A stretch of DNA of 64,000 bases from Balanoglossus misakiensis (Eukaryota; Animalia; Hemichordata), in the NCBI GenBank assembly GCA_040954595.2, contig CM082590.2, positions 3,224,001-3,288,000 of the forward strand, read 5' to 3'. Under the pieces are notes generated by a model. That model searched no databases and was not told the DNA's origin. It saw only the letters and a program-made list of their open reading frames with translations. Shown here one piece after another: positions 37,101-49,806 of the stretch (position 1 is its first letter; each line of letters opens with the position of its first letter). The position numbers and the translations under genes are program-made.

Positions 37101-40100
37101 TATGCGCATACGAAAGTTTTCCACCAGACTCTGTAGATCGACGGATAGTTGTAAAATTTACATGGTTGCTTCCAAATACAGCCTCGTTTATTTAGCGGTT
37201 TCTGTTGTGATGCGCATAATACATAGATAGGCCTATGCGCATAAGAACGTTTTCGACTAGACTCTGTAGATCGACGGATAGTTCTAAAATTTCCATGGTT
37301 GCTTCCAAACAGCCTCGTTTATTTACCGAATTCTGTTGTGAGGCGCAGAACACGTAATAGGCCTATGCGCATAAGAAACTTTTCCACCAGACTCTGTAGA
37401 TCGACGGATAGTTGTAAAATTTCCATGGTTGTTTCCAAACAGCCTCGTTTATTTACCGAATTCTGTTGTGATGCGTAGAACACATACATATGCCTTTGCG
37501 CATAAGAAAGTTTTCCACCAGACTCTGTAGATCAACGGATAGTTGTAAAATTTACATGGTTGCTTCCAAATACAGCCTCGTTTATTTAGCGGTTTCTGTT
37601 GTGATGCGCATAATACATAGATAGGCCTATGCGCATAAGAACGTTTTCGACTAGACTCTGTAGATCGACGGATAGTTCTAAAATTTCCATGGTTGCTTCC
37701 AAACAGCCTCGTTTATTTACCGAATTCTGTTGTGAGGCGCAGAACACGTAATAGGCCTATGCGCAAAAGAAACTTTTCCACCAGACTCTGTAGATCGACG
37801 GATAGTTGTAAAATTTCCATGGTTGTTTCCAAACAGCCTCGTTTAATTACCGAATTCTGTTGTGATGCGTAGAACACATACATATGCCTTCGCGCATAAG
37901 AAATTTTTCTACTAGACTCCGTAGATCGACGGATAGTTCTAAAATTTCCATGGTTGCTTCCAAACAAAGCATCGTTTGTTTACAAAATTCTGTTGTGATG
38001 CGCAGAACACATAGAGAGGCCTATGCGCATAAGAAAGTTTTCCACTAGACTCTGTATATCGACGGATAGTTCTAAAATTTCCATGGTTGCTTCCAAACAC
38101 ATCCTCGTTTGTTTACAAAATTATGTTGTGATGCGCATAATACATAGATAGGCCTATGCGCATAAGAACGTTTTCCAGTAGACTCTGTAGATCGACGGAT
38201 AGTTCTAAAATTTCCATGGTTGCTTCCAAACAGCCTCGTTTATTTACCGAATTCTGTTGTGATGCGTAGAATACATACATATGCCTATGCGCATAAGAAA
38301 TTTTACCACTAGACTCCGTAGATCGACGGATAGTTCTAAAATTTCCATGGTTGCTTCCAAACAAAGCATCGTTTGTTTACAAAATTCTGTTGTGATGCGC
38401 AGAACACATAGATAGGCCTATGCGCATATGAACGTTTTCCACTATACTCTGTAGATCGACGGATAGTTCTAAAATTTCCATGGTTGCTTCCAAACAGCCT
38501 CGTTTATTTACAGAATTCTGTTGTGAGACGCAGAACACATACATATGCCTATGCGCATAAGAAATTTTTCCACTAGACTCCGTAGATCGACGGATAGTTG
38601 TAAAATTTACATGGTTGCTTCCAAATACAGCCTCGTTTATTAAGCGATTTCTGTTGTGATGCGCATAATACATAGATAGGCCTATGCGCATAAGAACGTT
38701 TTTCACTAGACTCTGTAGATCGACGGATAGTTCTAAAATTTCCATGGTTGCTTCCAAACAGCCTCGTTTATTTACCGAATTCTGTTGTGAGGCGCAGAAC
38801 ACGTAATAGGCCTATGCGCATAAGAGACTTTTCCACCAGACTCTGTAGATCGACGGATAGTTGTAAAATTTCCATGGTTGTTTCCAAACAGCCTCGTTTA
38901 TTTACCGAATTCTGTTGTGATGCGTAGAACACATACATATGCCTATGCGCATAAGAAATTTTTCCACTAGACTCCGTAGATCGACGGATAGTTCTAAAAT
39001 TTCCATGGTTGCTTCCAAACAAAGCATCGTTTGTTTACAAAATTCTGTTGTGATGCGCAGAACACATAGAGAGGCCTATGCGCATATGAACGTTTTCCAC
39101 TAGACTCTGTAGATCGACGGATAGTTCTAAAATTTCCATGGTTGCTTCCAAACAGCCTCGTTTATTTACCGAATTCTCTTGTGAGGCGCAGAACACGTAA
39201 TAGGCCTATGCGCATAAGAAACTTTTCCACCAGACTCGGTAGATCGACAGACAGTTGTAAAATTTCCATGGTTGTTTCCAAACAGCCTCGTTTATTTACC
39301 GAATTCTGTTGTGATGCGTAGAACACATACATATGCCTATGCGCATAAGAAATTTTTCCACTAGACTCCGTAGATCGACGGATAGTTCTAAAATTTCCAT
39401 GGTTGCTTCCAAACAAAGCATCGTTTGTTTACAAAATTCTGTTGTGATGCGCAGAACACATAGAGAGGCCTATGCGCATATGAACGTTTTCCACTAGACT
39501 CTGTATATCGACGGATAGTTCTAAAATTTCCATGGTTGCTTCCAAACACATCCTCGTTTGTTTACAAAATTCTGTTGTGATGCGCATAATACATAGATAG
39601 GCCTATGCGCATAAGAACGTTTTCCACTAGACTCTGTAGATCGACGGATAGTTCTAAAATTTCCATGGTTGCTTCCAAACAGCCTCGTTTATTTACCGAA
39701 TTCTCTTGTGAGGCGCAGAACACGTAATAGGCCTATGCGCATAAGAAACTTTTCCACCAGACTCTGTAGATCGACAGACAGTTGTAAAATTTCCATGGTT
39801 GTTTCCAAACAGCCTCGTTTATTTACCGAATTCTGTTGTGATGCGTAGAACACATACATATGCCTATGCGCATAAGAAATTTTTCCACTAGACTCCGTAG
39901 ATCGACGGATAGTTCTAAAATTTCCATGGTTGCTTCCAAACAAAGCATCGTTTGTATACAAAATTCTGTTGTGATGCGCAGAACAAATAGAGAGGCCTAT
40001 GCGCATAAGAACGTTTTCCACTAGACTCTGTATATCGACGGATAGTTCTAAAATTTCCATGGTTGCTTCCAAGCACATCCTCGTTTGTTTACAAAATTAT

Positions 40101-42685
40101 GTTGTGATGCGCAGAACACATAGATAGGCCTATGCGCATTGGAAAGTTTTCCACTAGACTCCGTAGATCGACGGATAGTTCTAAAATTTCCATGGTTGCT
40201 TCCAAACACATCCTCGTTTGTTTACAAAATTCTGTTGTGATGCGCAGAACACATAGATAGGCCTATGCGCATCGGAAAGTTTTCCACTAGACTCCGTAGA
40301 TGGACGGATAGTTCTAAAATTTCCATGGTTGCTTCCAAACACATCCTCGTTTGTTTACAAAAATCTGTTGTGATGCGCAGAACACATAGATAGGCCTATG
40401 TGCATATGAACGTTTTCCACTATACTCCGTAGATCGACGGATAGTTCTAAAATTTCCATGGTTGCTTCCAAACAGCCTCGTTTATTTACCGAATTCTGTT
40501 GTGAGACGCAGAACACATACATATGCCTATGCGCATAAGAAATTTTTCCACTAGACTCCGTAGATCGACGTATAGTTGTAAAATTTACTTTGTTGCTTCC
40601 AAATACAGTCTCGTTTATTTAGATAGGCCTATGCGCATAAGAACGTTTTCCACTAGACTCTGTAGATCGACGGATAGTTCTAAAATTTCCATGGTTGCTT
40701 CCAAACAGCCTCGTTTATTTACCGAATTCTGTTGTGAGGCGCAGAACACGTAATAGGCCTATGCGCATAAGAAACTTTTCCACCAGACTCTGTAGATCGA
40801 CGGATAGTTGTAAAATTTCCATGGTTGTTTCCAAACAGCCTCGTTTATTTACCGAATTCTGTTGTGATGCGTAGAACACATACATATGCCTATGCGCATA
40901 AGAAATTTTTCCACTAGACTCCGTAGATCGACGGATAGTTCTAAAATTTCCATGATTGCTTCCAAACAAAGCATCGTTTGTTTACAAAATTCTGTTGTGA
41001 TGCGCAGAACACATAGAGAGGCCTATGCGCATAAGAACGTTTTCCACTAGACTCTGTATATCGACGGATAGTTCTAAAATTTCCATGGTTGCTTCCAAAC
41101 ACATCCTCGTTTGTTTACAAAATTCTGTTGTGATGCGCATAATACATAGATAGGCCTATGCGCATAAGAACGTTTTCCACTAGACTCTGTAGATCGACGG
41201 ATAGTTCTAAAATTTCCATGGTTGCTTCCAAACAGCCTCGTTTATTTACCGAATTCTGTTGTGAGGCGCAGAACACGTAATAGGCCTATGCGCATAAGAA
41301 ACTTTTCCACCAGACTCTGTAGATCGACGGACAGTTGTAAAATTTCCATGGTTGTTTCCAAACAGCCTCGTTTATTTACCGAATTATGTTGTGATGCGTA
41401 GAACACATACATATGCCTATGCGCATAAGAAATTTTTCCACTAGACTCCGTAGATCGACGGATAGTTCTAAAATTTCCATGGTTGCTTCCAAACAAAGCA
41501 TCGTTTGTTTACAAAATTCTGTTGTGATGCGCAGAACACATAGAGAGGCCTATGCGCATAAGAACGTTTTCCACTAGACTCTGTATATCGACGGATAGTT
41601 CTAAAATTTCCATGGTTGCTTCCAAACACATCCTCGTTTGTTTACAAAATTCTGTTGTGATGCGCAGAACACATAGATAGGCCTATGCGCATTGGAAATT
41701 TTTCCACTAGACTCCGTAGATCGACGGATAGTTCTAAAATTTCCATGGTTGCTTCCAAACACATCCTCGTTTGTTTACCGAATTCTGTTGTGAGGCGCAG
41801 AACACGTAATAGGCCTATGCGCATAAGAAACTTTTCCACCAGACTCTGTAGATCGACGGACAGTTGTAAAATGTCCATGGTTGTTTCCAAACAGCCTCGT
41901 TTATTTACAGAATTATGTTGTGATGCGTAGAACACATACATATGCCTATGCGCATAAGAAATTTTTCCACTAGACTCCGTAGATCGACGGATAGTTCTAA
42001 AATTTCCATGGTTGCTTCCAAACAAAGCATCGTGTGTTTACAAAATTCTGTTGTGATGCGCAGAACACATAGAGAGGCCTATGCGCATAAGAACGTTTTC
42101 CACTAGACTCTGTAGATCGACGGATAGTTCTAAAATTTCCATGGTTGCTTCCAAACACATCCTCGTTTGTTTACAAAATTCTGTTGTGATGCGCAGAACA
42201 CATAGATAGGCCTATGCGCATTGGAAAGTTTTCCACTAGACTCCGTAGATCGACGGATAGTTCTAAAATTTCCATGGTTGCTTCCAAACACATCCTCGTT
42301 TGTTTACAAAAATCTGTTGTGATGCGCAGAACACATAGATAGGCCTATGCGCATATGAACGTTTTCCACTAGACTCTGTATATCGACGGATAGTTCTAAA
42401 ATTTCCATGGTTGCTTCCAAACACATCCTCGTTTGTTTACAAAATTCTGTTGTGATGCGCAGAACACATAGATAGGCCTATGCGCATTGGAAAGTTTTCC
42501 ACTAGACTCCGTAGATCGACGGATAGTTCTAAAATTTCCATGGTTGCTTCCAAACACATCCTCGTTTGTTTACAAAAATCTTTTGTGATGCGCAGAACAC
42601 ATTGATAGGCCTATGCGCATATGAACGTTTTCCACTATACTCTGTAGATCGACAGATAGTTCTAAAATTTCCGTGGTTGCTTCCA
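22110..42685. repeat. ~131-bp satellite array (~20.6 kb, roughly 155 monomers) with higher-order repeats
   Basis: Continuous tandem monomers. Variant patterns recur at offsets of 2637, 2897 and 5534 bp (e.g. 29542, 32179, 35076, 37713). The array ends abruptly at ...GTTGCTTCCAG near 42685. Confidence 0.97.
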
Positions 42686-43095
42686 GTCTAATTAATTCAG
42701 ATAAAAAGAATTGACACATTATGATGTAAATATTTATAAAAGTAGTAATAATGTAAGAGATAACCATAATTCAAAATTCATTAAATTCTAATGTAATTTT
42801 AAAGTTTTGTTTTAAATTTTTCATGAAAAAAATAAGCATATCAAGTGACATGTTTAATAGTGAAAAAAACCTGAATGTCACAAAATCAACAATCATCTAA
42901 AGAAATTAACACTGATTCCTCTTTTCCATCACACTGTATCAAAAACTCCTACCAAAAGTACAGTATTATTTAAACCACAAATAAGAAAAATCTCCTTATT
43001 ATGACTTGTCAGATTATTAGGTGACAGACAGGAGTTGGCAGATGCTGGAGGCCGGGAGAAAATCATCCTATCTTATCTGCTCCAGATCGCTTTGA

Positions 43096-43524
43096 ATATT
43101 CTCCTAATCCTGATGTACATGTATCAGATCAATCTTGTATGTTACTAATTGAACAATTTGTTCTTCGGTATAACAGAACCAGTTGAATACTCAAAGTCAT
43201 GCAAAGGGTAAGACAATATCTCTTCTCCAGAAAGTCAAGGGTTCTTGAGAATATTCCTTCTACACAGGCAGCTCTAAAAGAACATGTGCTATGAGAAACC
43301 TAGCAAAGCTATATCAAACCAACAGAATCCCATTGGAAATCAAGTTGGAAAACTCTTAGTCAAGCCCAAGAAAAGAGTCAACCTCAGGAAATCAGTTGTA
43401 AAAAGTAATGCACATGTTCCTGTAGGTGCTTTAGGTCTAGTCTGACAGCAGTGCTCTTTGTTACTGTAAAGGAGAATGTCATCAAGATTGATCTGATACA
43501 TGTACATCAGAATTAGGATAATAT
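43096..43524. mobile_element. MITE-like element with 42-bp inverted ends
   Basis: ATATTCTCCTAATCCTGATGTACATGTATCAGATCAATCTTG has an inverted copy at 43483-43524 with 2 mismatches. No clear TSD. Confidence 0.55.
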
Positions 43525-43619
43525 ACAGAGGAATGTATGGAAGCAAGTATGTTTTACAACCCATATTCCTGTTTCTGAGTGTTACAATTGACCAAAAAGT
43601 GCCAATAATGGGAGAAAAG

Positions 43620-43868
43620 TGTGAATGTCAGTTTCTGGCCGCTATTTTGGGATCCATATTGGAAAATGTCCGCCATGGGTCAATGAATAATTGTACCAAA
43701 TTTCATGCTTTTAACCCAAAGTGCACGATTTTAAAGTTTGAATATCTGTTTCTGGTCACTAGAGGGCTGTGTCATTTTAGATCCATATCAGGAAATGGCC
43801 GCCATAAGTGTACCAAGTTTCATGCTTTTAACCCAAATTGCACGATTTTTGGGTTAACTGCCCCACTA
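43620..43868 (-). repeat. Short internal duplication, possibly a terminal fragment of a TAG-ended (Academ-like) DNA element
   Basis: TGTACCAA(A/G)TTTCATGCTTTTAACCCAAA(G/T)TGCACGATTTT occurs twice. The minus strand begins TAGTGGGGCAGTTAACCC. The family assignment is only a resemblance. Confidence 0.3.
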
Positions 43869-44500
43869 CAAGGAGAAGTGCAGACTGAAATGCAGTGATT
43901 GTCAATGTTGTAAATGTATGTGTTGTTGTTGTTTGTTAAAATGTCAGGTTTTTGTAGAATTGATGTTTAACAACTTAGCTACTTTGCATGTTAAGCAAGG
44001 AGTACACTCAGTCATGTGTAGTATGGTAGTTTAAGCTTAGCTTCATTGAGATGTCATGTCTGGAGAACATTCACTGAGTTTGAATATTTGCTTGTAGTTT
44101 TTAGTCATCCAAGAACTTAGTCTGAGGTTGCCAACCTGTCTATCAGATGTGAAGTTAATACCTTAAATAATTACAATGACATTGTTCATTTCTCCTGTAT
44201 GTGTAAAAATCACATGTAATTTATTCAAAAGCTGACTACAAATCACATAGCACAATGCTCATTCAAAACAAGATATAATTTTTAAGTTTTAAGTTATAAG
44301 GTTTATTTAGTAGAGCATGTTTTGTACATTACATTATTTTTCCAGTTTTGATTGGAAAAACTGCATGAAAATACGTGTTCACCGAGTTGCAATGACAGTA
44401 TTACAGTACATCCATATCATTCCTAATTTTATGTGAGAAAACACTGTTGTTGGTATAAGTCAGAAACTGACATGAAACTGAATACATATAACTCTTCTTT

Positions 44501-45963
44501 TTTTTTTTTTTTTTCATTTCAAAAATACAGGACAAAAACAAAAAAGTCGACAAAGACAAGAAAAAGAAAGAAACCACAAAAAGAACACTAATCAACGAAC
44601 AAGTTGACAAAAGCTCCCCATTTTTCTAGATGTATCCCCTGTCTATCATTTGTAGTGGCTACATTATCTTCTATTTTATAAATAGATTTCACATATGATT
44701 TAAACTGAAGCATGTTTGGCAAAACATTCGGCACTTTACATTTAAATATATAAGAATGTCCAATCAAAAGAATGAAATTTGCAAGTTGACTACCCCCCTC
44801 ATCTATATTACCCAGAATACAGTACATTGCACTTAACCTTAGTGTATTAAGTGTAACAGTAAAAAAACACTCTTTCACTGAAATCCAAAACTGACTAGTA
44901 TAAATACAATCCCAAAAAAGATGGTAATAATCCTCTACAACATCTTTACAAAAAATACAAAGTGGGGAGTCAATTATTCGCCATTTGTAAAGCATGCGGT
45001 TTGAAGGCAAGATCTTCATTATTAGTTTGTACTGAAAATTCCAAAGCTTAATATCATTTGTTAATTTGAAAGGAAGCGAAAACACAGTTTTTAAGGAAAA
45101 TACTTCATCAAATACATCGTACCAATAACGTATTATGTGTGGAGAAAGCTCCTGTGGTGTTTGTAAATTCAGAACAAAAGTGTACATCTCTCTATTGAGT
45201 TTTTTACCAGACAAACAATTGGGATTTCGAAAATTAGGCTTACATACCAGTAGTTTGGATGAGTGTGAATTCTGTACAATATTTTTCCAATCAAGTGGTA
45301 TTGCACATAATAACTGAAATTGTGTACAAATATTACCATATATTGTAGTAAACTGCTCATAATTATAAAACTTACAATTAGCATCGATAAGATCATTAAT
45401 AAAAATAACACCATTCCTTGAAAAGTTATTCCACAATATTGGCTTATCACTAATTCGTATCTCAGAATTATTGCAAATTAGTTCTTGGCATACATCGTCT
45501 TTATCAGATACTGTAGTGGTATTATACTGCAGCCATGCTGAATAAATTTGTCTTAAGAAAACAGAATTAATGGGGTTCAAAATATGAAAATCATCTTTTT
45601 TTAAATTGGCATAATACACTTGGGGCCCACTAAAACTGGAAAGAACAAATTTATACAATTTACTACAAAATAAACTATTGTTTCACATGATCCTCAAAAA
45701 CCAGGCTGTCTTTAGCGTCAAATTAAAGGCAGGCAAATTTGTCAAATTGAGACCCCCATTTACATATTAATTGTAGATGGTATTCCTCTTAATCTTGTCT
45801 CGCTTACCACCCCACAAAAAATTGAAAACTAAAGTTTCATACTTTTTAAAGAAGTCATTACCAGGAGATGGTAGAGACATGAAAAGATGAGTAAACTGTG
45901 AATTGACCAAGGATTTTATAATTGTTACTTTCCCATAAAAAGTGAGCCCCCTACCCTGCCATG
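44501..45963 (-). mobile_element. 5'-truncated L1/Tx1-clade LINE
   Basis: Poly(A) tail appears as a T-run at ~44498-44514. The 14-bp TSD TATAACTCTTCTTT is at 44487-44500 and 45964-45977. The element encodes the C-terminal part of ORF2. Confidence 0.88.
44588..45960 (-). pseudogene. Degenerate LINE ORF2 C-terminus (post-RT region and zf-RVT cysteine motif)
   Basis: WQGRGLTFYGKVTIIKSL...FNFLWGGKRDKIKR...GGL (with in-frame stops), then FQYKLIMKILPSN...CIFCKDVVEDYYHLFWDC...FW...KW. Confidence 0.85.
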
Positions 45964-46470
45964 TATAACTCTTCTTTACACTAGTAATTTCTCACAATAT
46001 TATAATGTGACTATACCATTGTTATTTGTATTTGATGTACCTGTTCCCAATTGTGAAAAAATAACACTTAGTATACAGTAAATATGAACAAGTTGTTTGG
46101 TTTATAGGGAGGAACCAAGTTCGATTTCCTCAAAAAGGCAAAGAAGCCAATTAAAACAGCGCACCAAACTGTTAAAGGGACAAAGTCTCTCTCTTTTTGC
46201 CTCCAAACTCCATTAAATACTTACTTCAAATCCATTATTATGACATATAATGACCACACATTGCTTGAAGAATACCCTGAACTACGTTTTCGCCGTTTAG
46301 GCTAAAGACTGGATTTCTGCCTGGCCGTGCGCGCGATTTCGACCGACCGCCATGTTGACCTCCCGCGAAGTGAAAAACTACGCATATTGCGGTTGCGTCA
46401 CAATGTCAACACACACATGTGCTTCAGTCAATGACCTGGTCACGTACGTTCATGACCCTGGATCACAACA

Positions 46471-49400
46471 ATGGAATGCGAGGTAAGTACATATACGAAT
46501 ACTTATAGAATTCTGTAAACTAGAGAAAATTAGTAGAGAATGTTTTTTTATGAATGACATTGACATTGACAATGATAAAGAAGGTAAACTTTACGATGTC
46601 AGATGGAGATGCCGGTGATTTACCGTACATCGCGACGTTCATTTGTTTGTTTTGATTCTTGTTTTCACGTTCCGGGATTTATCTAAATTTTCGCTGAGTA
46701 TTTACGGTTTCTTTAGACCGCTTTCTTGTTCCACGGTGCACTGATTTCTATTTCAAATATGACGTGATCACCAGTTGTAAACTCCTAACGAAAATACACG
46801 TAAGCATAAGTACGAGTAGACGCCGGGTTGCACTGGGGTTGCACTACGGTGACATCGACAGCTGGCAGCTAGCTGTAGATGCCGTAATGTACATGAACTA
46901 GACCGGATGCCGATCGGCCCCTATCGAGTACTCATTATCATCTGCTCACGCGCTAATGAACAGGGGGATTATTATTATGAATAGAGCAAGTGCATGCACT
47001 TGCACCGGGGAAAAATATGCATAGAATATTTCGAATTAAAAGTTTGCGAGTCATGCAAACCAAGTGATAAAAAATAGAACCAAGCAGTGGGCTTGAATTT
47101 GAATGGCATGCATTTACAGGGGATATGCACCATGCCCCATCCCTGTCCAGAAGAAACACAAACTTATTGATTTTCTTAGGGGAGAGATGTTACTGTTTGG
47201 GTTAGTGAGCAAATTTGATTATTTTGGTAGAGGGCAATCATTGTACACGTCTGGATTTTACATGCATATGAATAATGGATTTATGTTCACAAATTTCACC
47301 TAATTCATGAAATTGCATGATTTGCAATATTACTGCATGTACAAAATTATTTATTACAATTTTTCAATTTAAAATCTTATTTTTTTTCCAGACAAGTGAA
47401 ATAGATAACGCAGAAAGAGAATCCAGCCCAAGTACAAATGAAAGAGGTAGAGGACAACGTGGTAGAAGTCGAGGCCGTGGTAGGGGTAGAGGTCGAGGTG
47501 GTGAGACTGAGAGAGGAGGAAGTGTTGCAGCTCGGGGGAGTACAAGTCGAGGCCGTGGTAGGGGTAGAGGTCGAGGTGGTGAGACTGAGAGAGGAGGAAG
47601 TGTTGCAGCTCGGGGGAGAACAAGCCGACGACGTGGAAGGGGTAGGAGGGGTGCAACATCCGTATCTGTTGGAGATGCTGTTGCCCAACTACAACAAAGG
47701 AGACAAAGAATGGAGGTAACTTTAAAAACATACATTTATTTCATACATATATAAATAAAACAAAACAATAAAAATAGTGCTGTTTGTATCATTCAATGAA
47801 ATTGTTAACAATCTGTCCACAGGCTGCTGTTGAACACATGAAAAACGATGAACTGCAAAGAATGGTGATACAAATGGTTGATTGGCAGCCTGGTTTGATG
47901 TTTAATCTCATATTCCCAGTAACACTAGAACAGCAGGGATACCACCCACCCTCAGCAACTCAATCACCTGACTGGTGCATTTGCAGTCACTGTCAGCAGA
48001 TGCCAACAGAAATGGAGAAAATGTGCTGCGATAAACAGCCACAAAACTGCATCTCAAGATCACCGGTAAGTCAAGTAAGCTTTTGGATTTTAACTTGTAC
48101 ATGAATATAATTCTACAAGGACTCACTACTAAACCACTATGAACTGAAAATTTGAACTCTAAGTTAAATTGAACACATTCAGTTCCACTAACCTGGCTAC
48201 AGTCAAACTGTACTTCCTGTAACATTTTTGCAAAGTATATCCACAATGGTTTGCATATAGCAAAGCAAAGCTGGTTGTTTGTGTGTTTTTGTCAGAAGTT
48301 TTAGAGCCACAATATCATAACGTAGGGAGATAATCCAATGCAAACAGTTTGACCTGAAGGGTTGTGAAAAGAGTGCATGTGTTGAGGACGGAACTTTGGA
48401 AGAAAAGGTTACAAACTCAAAGTATACAGAAATATGTATTTGTAACACGATACAGGAATTTATAATTTGTGCATTATGCATATATTGAGACGTCTAGTGT
48501 TAGATTCTGCATATACCAATACAGAGGTCAGATAAACATTGAAATTTAAAGAGACACTGGAAACACACCACTATTATTCAAAACCTGAGATTGCTTTCTG
48601 AAGTCAAGAAAACAATGATATAAAAATTCCCTTTGGAAGTTGGTGTTGACATCAACACAACTAAATATATATATATAAAAAATTCTGTGAAGTACTGGTG
48701 GCCAGTGCAGCTTCATTGTCACATTTGGCATGGCAGTGTAAGGAAATCGTCGAGTAGTGTGCTATAGAAAACATCTTTGTTGACAAATTTACAAAATCTT
48801 CAGAACAAAACATCAATACAAACTGATTGTTCTAAAGTTAAAGGGACAAAGTCTCTCTCTCGCTGCCCTTTTTCCATTAATTATGTTTGATACAAGACAC
48901 TATTTATGTTAATTTACATGTGGATATGAATCAACGCTCAACCACACACACCTTCCATCCCACTTGTATCATGCGAAGTAAAAACTTGCCCAGAATGAAT
49001 AAATGGTAGAGACCGTTTATTTATTTTGGTGAGTTTTTCACTCTTGTGTCTACAAGCAGGAATGGGAGGTGTGTTTGGTCGAATGTTGATTCACTATATA
49101 TCCACATGTAGAATAACATGAACAATGTCTTGTATCAAGCAAAATCACTGGAAAAGGGCAGTGAGAGAGAGAGACTTCGTCCCTTTAAAAATGTTACATT
49201 TTGGTAAATGACAACAGCATGCCATCTATGTCACTGTCAGTAATAAAACTTCAGTGATTACAATATGAGTTGAAAGTCTTGTAAATATTTCATTAAATTT
49301 GCTTGTGGTTTACACTTTATGTGAATGAATGTAAATGTGGACAAAAAACTACTGTAATCTTGAAGGAACAAATCCAGTGTTGCGGGCAAATGGGTCAGGA

Positions 49401-49774
49401 AATCGGTCCTGGATCTTCCAGACACAGCAACTATAGAGAGGTTTGACTGTAGGCTCTTCCTTTTTTTTTACATATTATGAACCTAACTTTTGTTATCTTT
49501 CTGTCACCAGGATTTCAATGTGCTTGTGGTCAATGAGGCTGTGTTGGCCTTGGCTAGGACCTACAGGCGAGAAATCTTTGCTACTGATGATGATGATGAC
49601 AATAACACAGATAACCGACATGCTGCCTATAGGCAGTATGTCATGTGGCAGTATGGTCGTTTAGGTGCAGGAAACCGTGTGGTCATTCCAAGTTGCTGTG
49701 TCTGGGAGATCCGGGACCGATTTCCTGACCCATTCGCCCGCTACACTGGATTTGTTCCTTCAAGATTACAATAG
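46471..49774 (+). CDS. KolX/Nanor-like protein: RG-rich N-terminus plus P2X7 C-terminal ballast-like Cys-rich domain; 4 exons, ~280 aa
   Basis: Exons 46471-46482 (MECE micro-exon), 47392-47715, 47823-48065, 49511-49774. Motifs WCICSHCQQMPTEMEKMCC...CIS and RHAAYRQYVMWQYGRLGAGNRVVIPSCCVWEIRDRFPDP...YTGF. Confidence 0.85.
48842..49184. mobile_element. 343-bp palindromic Kolobok MITE nested in intron 3 of the KolX-like gene
   Basis: AGGGACAAAGTCTCTCTCTC...GAGAGAGACTTCGTCCCT with TTAA at 48838-48841 and 49185-49188. Both halves resemble the host element's right end (~62680-62848). Confidence 0.88.
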
Positions 49775-49806
49775 TTTTTTTTGTCTACATGTATTTACAT
49801 ATGGAA

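Noticed and set aside
22110-42685. GATC in nearly every satellite monomer as the target of the element's MTase
   Set aside because: A 4-mer in a 131-bp unit is expected by chance, and nothing in the sequence indicates the enzyme's specificity or activity.
22488-42767. Dozens of 60-140 aa ORFs (MLPNSLVYLP..., MFGSNHGNF...)
   Set aside because: These are translations of satellite monomers with frequent frame-breaking indels and no protein motifs.
46471-49774. Host P2X7 purinoceptor gene
   Set aside because: There is no transmembrane or ectodomain sequence. Only the ballast-like domain is present, and it lies inside Kolobok TIRs.
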